Source: Dipteris shenzhenensis
Lineage: Eukaryota
Assembly: GCA_047967505.1 (NCBI GenBank)
Contig: CM106538.1
Reading direction: 5' to 3' (one strand)
Length of the DNA stretch: 64,000 nt
In this document: in pieces, positions 49,747 through 62,199 of the stretch
How the letters are laid out: every line of letters begins with the position of its first letter
How positions within the stretch are numbered: position 1 is the first letter of the stretch
Notes under the pieces: model-generated
What the model was told of the DNA's origin: nothing
Databases searched by the model: none
What the model saw: the letters and a program-made list of their open reading frames with translations, nothing else
Program-made: the position numbers and the translations under genes

Positions 49747-52028
49747 GATAAGTACTTGTTCGAATAACACACTTAGGAGCATGTTTTTTGAAGGTTGTGC
49801 ATGACACTAAGGAAAAAACAATGTTTAATGCTTGATCAACCATGCAAAGCATATCCAATGGGCACTTTGCATGGACCTCAAAATAGGTGGCATTTAGTTG
49901 CATGCAAAGTGGTGCACCCATCCGATAAGTACTTGTTTGGATAATAAACCTAGGAGCGTGTTTTTTGACGATTGTGCATCACACTCAGGGGAAAACGGTG
50001 TGTAATGTGTGATCGACCATGAAAAATTTATTTGATGGACATAATACTTTTTTTGCACCTTAGAGTAAGTGGGATTGATGCATGTACAAAGTGGCGTGCC
50101 CATCTGATAAGTACTTGTTTAGATAACACACCTATGAGCGTGTTTTTTTACAGTTGTGCATCACACTAGAGGAAAAACAGTGTTTAAGGCATGATCGACA
50201 ATACAAAGCATATATGATGGACATGATAATTTGCATAAGCCTCAACATACATGGTATTGATACCTATGCAAAGTTTTGCACCCATCCGATAAGTACTTGT
50301 TTGGATAACACAGTAGAGCATGTTCTTTTACGGTTGCACATGACACTAAGAAAGAAACGGTGTTTTATGCATGATCGACCATGCAAAGCATATCTGATGG
50401 GCACTATACTTTTCATGCACCTCAAAATAGTTTATATTAAGTGGTGTGCAAAGTGGATTTCGCATCCAATAAGTACTTGTTCCGATAGTTACACACCTAG
50501 GAGCATGATTTTTGACAATTGTGCATCACACCTCAAGGGAAAACAGTGTGTAATGCTTGATCGACCATGAAAAGCATATCTAATGGACATGATACCTTGG
50601 ACGTACCTCATAGTAAGTTGGATTGATGCGTGTGCAAAGTGGTACACCCATCTGATAAGTACTTTTCTAGATACCATACCGAGGAGCATGTTTTTTTACG
50701 ATTGTGCATCACACATCAAGAAGCATGTTTTTTTATGGTTGTGCATCACACTCGGTGAAAAACAATATTTAATGTATGATTTATCATGAAAATCATATCC
50801 GATGGGCACTTTACTTTGCACGCACCTCAATCTAGTTAATATTGACGTGTGTGCAAAGTGGCATGCCCATCCGATAAATACTTGTTTGGATAACACACCT
50901 AGGAGTGTGTTTTTAGATGGTCATGCATAACACTTAAAGAACAATGGTATCTAATACGTGATCAACAACGAAAAGCATATTTGATGGACATGATACTTTA
51001 CACATGCGTATTGAGACCTATGCAAAGTGGTGCTCTCGTACGATAAGTACTTGTTTGGATAACACACTTAGAAGCATGTTTTTTTTACAGTTGTGTATGA
51101 CACTATGGGCAAAGCGGTGTTTAATGTTGTGTAATTCAAGCATGTCAATATAGGTGGTATTGACTTGCGTGCAAAGTGGCACGTCCATCTGATAAGTACT
51201 TATTTGAATAACACCCCTAGGAGCATGTTTTTTTACTATTGTGGATGACACTGTGACAAAAACGGTATTTAATGCTTAATCGACCATGCAAAGAATATTC
51301 GATGAAAACAATATTTTTCATGCACCTAAAACTCGGTAGTATTGAGTTGCATGCAAAGTGGCCTGCCCATCCGATAAGTACTTGTTTGGATAACACACCT
51401 AGGAGCATGTTTTTTTATGGATGTGTATTATACTCGAGGAAAAACGGTATTTAATACGTGATCGACCATGCAAAGCATATCCGATGGGAACCATACTTTT
51501 CATTCATATCAATTTAGGTGGGATTGCATTGCATGCAAAGTGTCACGTCCATCCAATAAGTACTTGTTTGAATAGCACACCTGAGAGCGTGTGTTTTGAC
51601 GAATGCACATCACACTCCGAAAAAAATAGTGTTTAATGCATAATTGATCATAAAAAGCATATCCGATGGACACCATAATTTGCATGCACCTCAATGTAGC
51701 TGGGATTGCACTGTGTGTAAAGTGTCTCATCCATCCAATAAGTACATGTTTGGATAACACACTTGGGAGTGTGTTTTTTTATAGTTGTACAAAACACTCG
51801 GAAGAAAACGGTGTTGTATAATGCATGATCGACCATGCAAAACATATCGGATGGACAAGATAATTTGCATGCACCTCAACATAGGTGGTATTGAGGCCTG
51901 TGCAAAGTGACACACCCATCTGATAACTACTTTGAATAACACACCTAGGAGCGTGTTTTTTAATGGTTGTGCATGACAATGAGGTGAAAATGATATTTCA
52001 TGCTTGATCGACCATGAAAAGCATATTC
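49747..52028 (+). repeat. Satellite array 3: about 12 more heterogeneous copies of the ~181-bp monomer
   Basis: Same monomer motifs and orientation as arrays 1 and 2, but without the 7-mer marker. Confidence 0.95.
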
Positions 52029-55000
52029 TATAACAACTAAGAATAAAGCAACAAACGAAAGCCAACCAATCATCCCATCCTAATAATTTCACACAAAACG
52101 TAACCCGCCTCCTTAATGTAGTAAAATGCGAGCTAGAACAAACAATAATGAATCAACCAAACCCACCATGCTAAGACTTTCTACTACTAAAGAAACCTAG
52201 CACCAACCTTGGGGAGGATACACATCTAATCTACCACTCCATCAAGGGAGAAGATTTATACATGACTACTTGATGGCAAAACACCAACAAACTCATGGGT
52301 CGAGAACAAAAGAACTTTTCACCAAGCTAGGCACTAAGGTGCGTAGTAGAGTACAAAGAGTCATGTAGCCAATTACTACACATAGAGCCACATAAAGAGA
52401 TAGTTAACTACAAACCAACCCAAATGCTTAAACAAAAAGTTTCAAACATTTGAGCGCGTATGCAAAACAAAAAAATAAATAATGAAGAAGAAAGTGGGCT
52501 GTCTCTACAAAGGAAAAGTCACACTGCACATAAAGAGTTCACACAAAGCTAGAATTCACATGCAAAGATCTAAGTAGAGTCCACACTTTATTCTAAACAC
52601 GACATGCTAGACCCACAAAGACAAGCTAGGACAAAGAAGAACAAACGCCCCCTAGACCAGACTTGCATAACTCATGTAGGATCAAACCTAAAGCACAGAT
52701 GACACGGAAGGAATGGGCATCACCAATATAAACAAAACACAATGGCAATGAAATCGAATGATACATGCTACGAAATTAACTGAGGTTATACAACACAACG
52801 AAACGCTCTACACAAGGACATACCCAATACACTACAAAACAAAACACATGTAGCAAAATTATGGACACAACAAACCCAAAACAATAAACTCAAATGAGTT
52901 GCAACATTAGTGTACACACACACACAAGAAATAGACTGGAGCTAGAGAGGACATGATCATCTCAAACCTCCTAAACAAATGGAGTGACAGGCTCTCAAAG
53001 ATGACCATAATAGTTCCCTTTTTAAGAAATCAACCAATGAACCAAAACTTAAAGTGGTCAAAGTGACCAAATGAACTGAAATAAAAACTAACCTATCCAT
53101 CCCTTAGACAGGCAGGGACAAAAATCTGAACTTTTGGCCTAAGCAATCATCTCTAGGAAAAAGAAGAAAAACCTGTAGAAAACTGCGTACCAAGGAATTC
53201 CTGTACAGGAGGCACTGCTAATCCTGGAGCTCATTATGAGGCAGTAGAGAAGTGAACGCAATTTGCTCAACAATCGCGCAATTCACCTCTTCGGGAGAGG
53301 AAGACAGATGCACGTAAGATTTTGTCGATGAAAAGGAAAGATTTGTCGTAGATTTTTTTCTGCGAGCAGAGAGCCTGATGATAAATCTACGCCTGCGCTG
53401 ATAGGATAAGACTAGGAGCCAATGTGGGGGATAATGATACTCGAAACATAGCAATCTCGTGCACGAAAGAAGTGCCCATTGACGGTGGTGTCGATGACAG
53501 CGAGGGTATAAGCGGAGAGGCCGACCAGCAAGACGACAGTGCTGACAATGGGCATGTACTTGGAAGAGCGAGGCAACTGGCCGGGAGGCCTGAGGAAGGG
53601 GAAGGCGGTGAAAGCGAAAAGAATCTCGTGGGGGGGAAAGTACAAGGTGAGGAGATGCCGGCACCACTGAGGAGGGTGAAGGGAATGAGGGAGGCGAAGG
53701 TGAGTGGGCTATGGTAGCTGAGGCTGTAGAAGTAGTGGACGAGGGGGGGAATGAGGATGTGGAAGAGGCCGAAGAGGAAGAAGAGGGAGAGGACGAGGCC
53801 GCGAGTGTTCTGAACGGTGACGAGGTCGTCGTCTTCCTTGTGAAGCTCGTAATAATCGACGAGCTCTGTGACATTAATTGTGTTAATTAGATGCAGTAGG
53901 CTTAGGTTAATTGATAAATAGGAGGTGGATTATAAGACACAATCAAATTAATTAATTAACAGTGAACTATGCTAATCTCCTCAATAAAGACTCTGACTCT
54001 CATCATTTAAGTGGTGACTCAATTCAATGTGTTTGGTTCTGGCATAAAATACTACATTGTTTTCCACATCAGATGATGACGTTAATATTATCCAATAGTG
54101 CATTATATGTTCTCAAAAATATCTCAATCTCTAGAATAATCTTTCTGAACCAAATTGCTTTACAAGCAGTGTTGGTGGATCCGCTTTACTATTCTTTATT
54201 AAAACAAGGCCAATGTTGAGTGCTTCTTGCTTTGCATGACTAAGCTATGAAGAACAGTCTCAAGCAAGATTCACTAGTGGATCTTTTGTCCTTTAAAGAA
54301 AACATCAACACAAAGGGGTGTCATATGATGTTTATACTCTACAAAAAGAATTGCAAAGGGCCATTGTTTGCTTGGGTGTAGCCAATTTTGGTGAGGTTTA
54401 GGGAATTTTCTGTATATAGGTATCTTGCATGACCCATATAACTTACGCATTGCTCAATGGAATTCGGAAAACTTTGTCTTCAAGTTTCCAAAATTGAACA
54501 TGCGACCAAAAAATTATGGAAGAAGAGGTTTGGAACAAGACCGTTAAACCATTACAAGTGCTATGTTGCATGTGAAGCATGCATCCTCAAGACTATAAGA
54601 TATAGCAATTTATTCAAAAACATCAAATTTTTGTTATGTACATATATGCAACCAAGTAATCATTCAAAAGTGCACTACGTGAGCTTCTCCTCAACCCAAG
54701 GACACACCTAAATGAGAACATTAAGCATGGATTAACGGGCCTCCAATGTTGTGCTAAAGTGATGCACACCCATTTGAGGGCACATTCCATAACCTTTTTT
54801 GACTTTGTAGAAAACCAAAATGGATTGAAAATTTGGAATCCAAACTAGTGGGACTACTGCATGGTGGTCTTAAAACATTGATACTTTTTGGTATTGATAT
54901 ATAGAAATTCACCGTAAAATGGAAGAAGTTGAAAATGTGCAATTTATGCATGTCTAAACATATTTTTGAATTGTTTCTTTTTCCATGCACTTTCTTGCTA

Positions 55001-55399
55001 TATGGCTCATAAGCATGCCAAAGATCATTGCATTTTATAATACACCATGTCCTTTGGCCTATTTATGTTTTGAAGCATTTGAGGCCACATTGCACTTGTT
55101 TGAGATATCATGATTCTAATGAGGTGTATCACCAAAGGAAGGGAAACTGACAGCTGAAAATTGTGCTACTCCCACGAATTTTGAATTTTCACGCCACCTG
55201 CCCATTAAATCTTGAAAGATTGAGCACCTGCAACCTGCCCCCACCCTGTAACCTGCATGCACCTCGACGTGACCTTGTGTCATCTTTGGTTTGACATTGT
55301 CATCTTTCGTGTAAGTTGTCTTCTATTCTTTGCTTGCCTCATAAGCTAGCTTCTCTTTGTATTGGTTTGGCATTGTCATCTTTCACTGATCATCGTTGC

Positions 55400-56039
55400 C
55401 ATGGCAACATGCAACTCACCATGGCTTGCAAGAGAAGCAAACACAGGTTGTGAGACAAGAAAGCTGAAAAGCTTGGTTAGGGCACAAGGAACAGATTGCG
55501 GGTCAAGGAAAGAAACGACATCGTATTGAAATGGTAATGGAAGATACTTTTGCAACGTTTGCAAAAGGATAAACAAGAAGAAGAAATGAAGACTCCCTAT
55601 AGAGTAGCAATAGGAAGTAGTTTGTAGGTGCACACATTCAATCATTGCCCCATCAGAGTGAAAAACACGAGCTGTAATGTCACGAGTGGTGGTAGCATTT
55701 GAGGAAGCAACATTAGGCCATTTAGGTGAATACCAATCTCGAGTCTTCACAAGCTTTAGCATGCATCCTAAAGTTCATAGAGTGACAACCCTACCAATAC
55801 CTTGGGAGATGTACACAGAGCAAAAGCAATGGCCGATCATCCTGATCTGAGTAATCTATGGGCTTTAATAGAATGCAAGAAAAGGAGAGATAGCCTAAGT
55901 GCGAAAGTCATTGCAATAGTGGTGACATTTTGGCATGAAAATACGAGAGTTTTTCCAAATAACAAGGACATCTCTAGAAAGAAGACGGAATGCAAGATGT
56001 TTGATGAGCACATCATAGACATGCTTAATACAACGTAGG
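55400..56039 (+). pseudogene. Decayed transposon-protein N-terminus homologous to 29578-30529
   Basis: LWALIECKKRRDSLSAKVIAIVVTFWHENTRVFPNNKDISRKK, followed by a GT donor-like site and then the LTR insertion. Confidence 0.5.
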
Positions 56040-56052
56040 TCAGTGGTTGTTT

Positions 56053-58976
56053 TGTCAAAGAGCCAGCATGAGATCACCACTAAGCCTAGTGCACACAAGA
56101 TCAACGGAAGAACTAAGGAGGCTCAAAGCACACTAAATAAGACATGAGAGGGAGATTGCAAATCTATATCTCTTGCAATGTGTGTTCTCAACAATACATG
56201 ATAGGCTTCTTATATAGAGAGAGCCTTTAGAATAGTCAAACCATGTGGGATCCTCTCATCCACATCTCTCCTTGTGGATATCCTCAATCCACATCTCCAC
56301 ATCATGTAGTCCACATCCTAGGGTGGCTACTTTAATTCTTTCCTATACCATACCTTAGCCTTTAATTATGTGCTCATGGCACCATATCTCAACACCTCCC
56401 CTTGGTGCCATGATCCTTTGGCTACTGCAAGGTGGTCAGATGTGAGTTACATTCCATCACCTCCCCTTAGTGCATGCATTGCTACTTAAGGTGGTCAAGT
56501 GTGGATTTTACATGTCAATACCTCCCCTGGGTGCTTTCATAGCTACTCTCAGGTGGTTAGGTTTGATTACAAAATATAGGCAAGGTTGGCAAGGTTTTTT
56601 GTTTCTCAATACATTTTGTTGCTATCATTCTGCTCATGGCTTGATGATGATGCTATGTAGTTGACCTGCTGGTTCTTCAATCTGCAATCTTCTTCCTTAT
56701 GTAGGTTCATGCATGATGCTTTGTTCTTCCATGTGCCTTGATGCTTTATGTGTGGATGCCATGCTTCATGCTATGGTCATCTCATGCACTTGTGCTTTTG
56801 GCATGCTTATGACAGCAATGTGTGCATTCATGCTTTGCTTTATCATTTGTTGCAAAGGTCTTACCAATTGATTTCTTTCAATATTGGCAGTGTCTAATTG
56901 CAAACAATGATTTTGACTTAACACGCGCGTGGAGCTCGAAAAGATTATCTCTTTTCCTTTTTGGAGCATGTGCAAATTCTTTTTGGATTGCAAGTTATGG
57001 CTTGTTGAAGCTTTTGTGAAGAGGAGGAGGCCTTGATGATGTGGCAGAGGCTGTTCACATGCTGAATTCAAACTGTGCTTACAAAGGGACTCTGTGCCTA
57101 GGTGGCACTATGCCATGTGGCAACCTTCTAACCCAAGTTAGTTAACCCAAGGTTATACAAACTTAACCATGATCCAACTAACCTAGGCAGCCGAACCTAA
57201 CCATAGTGACTACAAACTCAACCAAGGTTCACTGTGGTTAGATTAACTTAACCACGGTTAGTTCTTATCCTGCCACGTGGCTTTTTTTTTTTTTTTTGAA
57301 GACCTGAAAAGATTTGAGCAGAGAAGGTCTACGATGAAGCGAGGACGATGGTGGGTGGAACTTCTCAGAAGCAACGTCTCTCCTCAGTAATTCGAGCGTC
57401 TTCCCTCGGTGCCTCCCCTTAGCTTGCCAAGGCTCTGCTGACCCAAGAGCTATGCGCCGCTCTCTCTAATGTTGAGTGCTAGTAGAACTGCAGCTCCATT
57501 CTCCTTGCTGCGAGACGAACCATTCTGAATCAAATCCTCCAGCACATGCACGACAGAGGCATTTCCAATCGCCACTCTTCCCTCCCTGAGAGACGTAGAC
57601 GGGGAGTTGAATCTGGCTGTGGTAGCGACGCTGTTGGAGCTGTGGGTCTCCGATGGAGTCTTAGAGCTCCTTAGATGTGTGTCGTTGCAAGTTGGAGAGG
57701 CTTTGGCTGTAGCAGAGGGCGGTTGTGCTGCTCAAGTTGTTGCGCAGGCCACCAAGTAGGAGCCGATTAGAACTGCTGTTTTGGATCTGCATATGTTGAG
57801 ACTACAAGTCGGCTCATGAAGGCAAGGAGAGGTGGTGTGTGCTTTGTTTGTGAGGCGCTGTGGGAGCTTGAGCGTTTGCCATTTGCTCGAGCACTGTCTG
57901 CTTGGTTGTGTGGTTGGCCAATGGCTACAGGCGGCTGGAGATGTAGCCTCGTAGAAGCTTGCTGAAAGTCGATGGAAGAGATTGGAGTTAGTCGTAGGCT
58001 CCGCGTTGTGTATCATTGTAGAGATTCGAGGCTCGAGGTCATTGTAAACTTGAGTAGCTTTAGAGCCTTCGTTTTTGGCTCACTAAGGGCTAGCCATGAG
58101 GCTTTAGTCGTAGGTAGAGCGTTGCACCCGTGAGCTGAGTAGAGTTGCAGATAGCAGGAGGCCTTGTTGTAGTGGGCTTGGCATGAAGCGTCGTGGGCTG
58201 CTGTAGTCAAGCAGGAGCTTGGGCTTAGAGCCGTCTCTCTAGATGTGAGGCGTTGCAAAGCTCTGAAGTTGAGAGCTATGGACTAGAGGTAGGTCATCGA
58301 TGAGGCTCACCGAAACTGGAAAAGCAACAGAGAAAGCAAACCTTGAACCTTACTTTCTCAAGACGCACATAAAATGAATAGTCTCACAGAAGAGAGTCTA
58401 TGAGAACTTCCATAAGGAACCGAAAATGCTTGAGATGGGTGTGTAGGTAGAGCTTCGGGCTCTCTCTCTCAAACAATTGGATAACCATTCACTCTCTTTC
58501 TCTCAAAATGAATGATCTCTCTCTCACACAAATCTCATGGACATAATTTCACAAACTCTTCCTAACATCAAGAGAAGAGTGTGCCACTCACTCTAAACTA
58601 CCTAGGCTTGTGGGCAACCTATGCTCTGATACCATGTCAAAGAGCCAGCATGAGATCACCACTAAGCCTAGTGCACACAAGATCAACGGAAGAACTAAGG
58701 AGGCTCAAAGCACACTAAATAAGACATGAGAGGGAGATTGCAAATCTATATCTCTTGCAATGTGTGTTCTCAACAATACATGATAGGCTTCTTATATAGA
58801 GAGAGCCTTTAGAATAGTCAAACCATGTGGGATCCTCTCATCCACATCTCTCCTTGTGGATATCCTCAATCCACATCTCCACATCATGTAGTCCACATCC
58901 TAGGGTGGCTACTTTAATTCTTTCCTATACCATACCTTAGCCTTTAATTATGTGCTCATGGCACCATATCTCAACA
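56053..58976 (-). mobile_element. Non-autonomous (non-coding) LTR retrotransposon, TRIM/LARD-like, very recent insertion
   Basis: The 342-bp LTRs at 56053-56394 and 58635-58976 read as identical and are TG...CA bounded. Perfect TSD TGTTT at 56048-56052 and 58977-58981. PBS TGGTATCAGAGC at 58623-58634. PPT next to 56395. No gag or pol motifs in the 2.2-kb interior. Confidence 0.95.
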
Positions 58977-59006
58977 TGTTTGTGATTGTGAAGTAAAATT
59001 TTACTT

Positions 59007-59210
59007 CACTACAAGATACAGGCCACTTTTTGACACCGATACGGACACTAAATATGAAGGATTTTTTTTTTAACAAGCAAAAAGTGTCAAAATTTTCATT
59101 GGTGTAGATGTCGCAAAGAAATCATCAGTGCAAGAGTCGGTGTGCCCAATAGTGTCAGTATGGGCATCGGTATATACCGACACTGCAGTGTCGGTATATA
59201 CCGAGGTTTT
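59007..59210 (+). mobile_element. CACTA (EnSpm) terminus with subterminal repeats
   Basis: CACTACAAGA at 59007, followed by direct and inverted accga/tcggt repeats (gtcggtatataccgacac). The other end was not found in the window. Confidence 0.7.
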
Positions 59211-59299
59211 TACAGAAGCTTAAAAAAAACTTTGTGGGGTAGGATGGGGCTTGTTCCAAACCCATCCTGCCCCACATAATTGCCATTCAAATCACATCC

Positions 59300-61810
59300 T
59301 CCTCTTCCTCCTTGCCCTCTTTGCCCTCGGTCTCTCTACATGTGCTCGATCCCTCGCCCTCCTCTTGTGCTAGCTTAACCGCTTCTTCTTTAGATCCCAT
59401 CTCTCTGTCTGGACCTTCGGATGGGTCGAACATGCCTCCCTAAGAATGAAACAAGTTAGAAAAACTAAGAGCATTGATTAGAAGACAATGATAATAGTCA
59501 GATGATAACAAAGAGGAATAGGGTATACTCACATGATGCACGGCCACCCTTTCCCAATTGATGTGGACTCCTTCTCTCTCATTCTCTTTAAACCATGCCT
59601 TGGCTCTAATCCTGAATGCCCTTCTGTACTCCTGGTTGTCTGGAGGCCTTCCAATTATAGATTCTTATGGATCTAAAATATTAGAAATTCAGTAGAAGAT
59701 GAATATATACTTGCCACCCATGCCTCATTGCCAAGTCTGCCATTGCTCCTGAGGTGTGAAGGACTTATGGTATCTATACGTATCCTTGCCGCCCTCCGTT
59801 GAGGCTCAAACACATCTAGATTCTCCTTGTAATCCTTCTTTGCTCTCTTCCAATCCTTCGAGTCTGCCCACCCTGGCTTGTGCTTGCCATCTTTAACAGC
59901 ATCCCTTAATTCACATCTATGAGGCTTAAGGAGCTTCCTCATCCATGTAAGCATGGCATTTCGATGAAACTCATACCCTTTAGGGTTTGGAAATTATCTC
60001 TTGAGGGCATCTATGAAGGCATCCTTGGCTCTCTTGTCCTTTTGTTTCCAAGGTTTGAATATATTATTAGGGAAGTAGGTGCTCACCAACCTCCTATGTA
60101 TCTTGTGACCGCCTTCGCAATCTTACTAATGGATTATCATGCTTGATTGGTTCGGTTCCTCCAATTTGAAGTCCTTCACTTGCTAATGATGGTTCTCTAT
60201 ATCTAAGAAGATGGTGCTTTCCATGAATATCTAGGCCCAAAGTACTCTTGATTCCATGTGCACGAGCATATGCTGTGTATGTAAGATAGTATCCAACCCT
60301 ACTACAATCCCTACCTGGATTGTAGCCAAAAATGTGATAAGCAAAAAACTTTTCAATCAAAATGACCTTCTCTATTTGTTGGAACATTTCATGCCCACCC
60401 AAAAACTTGGACAAAGCTTTGAAAAACCAAACTGCAGTCTCCCCATCGTTGCTCAATTGCCAATGAAAAACCAAAATCTTTGCAGTTGAGAGCTAGCTGA
60501 TATAGTGGGGGAGGCTAGTAAATCGCCCTAATCTCTCAGTTCCCCTTTCATGCCTTTGAAGGTAAGAATTATCCTGGACATTCAACTACAAAAACCAAAA
60601 TAATACAATTACATTTTCACCTAAGATTAAGGAAAAATGAGATCACAAAAGAGATAACTCACTTGTGGATTTTCATCTTCAACTAAAACTTTATTAGTCC
60701 AAAGGCTAATGCTGCTTTCTGTGGAGATGTTGGTGCTTCTTTTTTGCTCCTCTTGCTTTCCCATTTTGTTAATCATAAGTTCTCTCTGAAGCTGCTCAAA
60801 AGTCAGTTTATCAATGCCATATGAGTCCTTGCATTTCTTTGTTTTTGTAAAGCATGTCAAAAACAATTCTTCTGAATAGAAGTTGTCCTCTAATGACAAA
60901 AATTGATCCTCATTGGTGATAAAATCTCTTTCCAATGGGCAGGCTTGTGCAATTATTGCCAATGCATAGTCCTCTCTCAAATCAAATATTGCTTGAATGT
61001 CACTAAGATGAACGTACTCAACATTGTCAATAAGGAAAGAAGGTTACTAGTCCTTTAATTGTATCTGCCCTGAGTGACACAACGTCTATTGTTGCATCTT
61101 CAGCCATCTCATTTTTTAGATCAATTTCCTCCTCTACATCTTGCTCATGCTCAAAATTAACTTGAGAAAGCCCTGTTGTATCCATGCTCTCTGTCAATTT
61201 CTCTTCTTCGGGTTGAGTTGTCTCTATGTTATAGAAATTAAGGTACATGACAAAAGCCATGCTCTCCTCTAGAAGCCTACACTTTCTATTGTGCATAGTG
61301 CATTTTTCTTTCAAGTGCTATGGAAATAAGTCATATCTCTTTGCCATATAACTTCTAGTGTTATTTGTAGTAGCCACATCTTTCAGGTGGATATAGGGGT
61401 TACTTTCTATAGCAACTTTTCTATCCCTTGTGAGAGTATCAAACCCTTCATAATACTCTGCCAAAATGTCATAGTGTTGTGACATTATATCTGAGTAATT
61501 TAGACTCTTATTGAACATCTTGTAAAAAATATGACACTCCTGATGTGCATTGGACTTGTGGAGAAAGTCAAACAACATCTCATCGACAGACTTCTTCTCC
61601 TCCCTTTGAGGACTACTTGATGGCTCCGCAAATGTCATTTGTAGAGATCTTCTTCCTACTGGTGCCGTCACAGAAGTTCTTTGCAAATTTACTACACCAT
61701 GCCATGTGTTGAAATGCAAATGTGATTACATAATTGAAAGTAAATTTTTGCACCATCTGTTGAAATATCAATGTGAACAATAATTCAAAGTAAGATCTTA
61801 AAATCATAAT
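59300..61810 (-). pseudogene. Decayed spliced coding remnants inside the CACTA element; distal part TnpA/Ptta-like
   Basis: A chain of minus-strand ORFs: 59673-59954 (KPGWADSKDWKRAKK..QRRAARIR..SHL), 60094-60474, 60627-60980, 61027-61314, 61318-61719. The family of the upstream ORFs was not recognised. Confidence 0.4.
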
Positions 61811-62199
61811 TATTCGACATACCTAGGTTGCAAGTTCTCATCGAAAATTTTCTCACACTCTACTTTCTAGTTGTTTTAATCTTGTTAACTTCACATGGTC
61901 AAGCCAAAAAACAAAGAATAGCATTAGCAAACAATTCCTAACATATTCTTGGTGACAAATAGTTGCCATGGGTCACAAAAGAATGATAAAGACAAGGAAT
62001 ACGAGTCCAAAAATATTGATACCAAAGACCAAGGGTGTAGCAGTCAAGGGATAAATGAAGATGACATGGATGCATGCCTCCCTTCTCCTCCACCCCCACT
62101 GCCTAGACCACCCCCAAATGACCCTCCCCCCAACTATTACTATGACTATGTGAGTGTTTCATTTTCCTAGTCTCCCCATGAGAATTCAATCTTGTGTTT

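Noticed and set aside
17720-53135. Similar ~90-bp sequences in inverted orientation at about 17720-17815 and 53055-53135 as TIRs of a 35-kb element
   Set aside because: Similarity is moderate and gapped, and no TSD is visible. They look more like two independent retroelement PBS/leader remnants.
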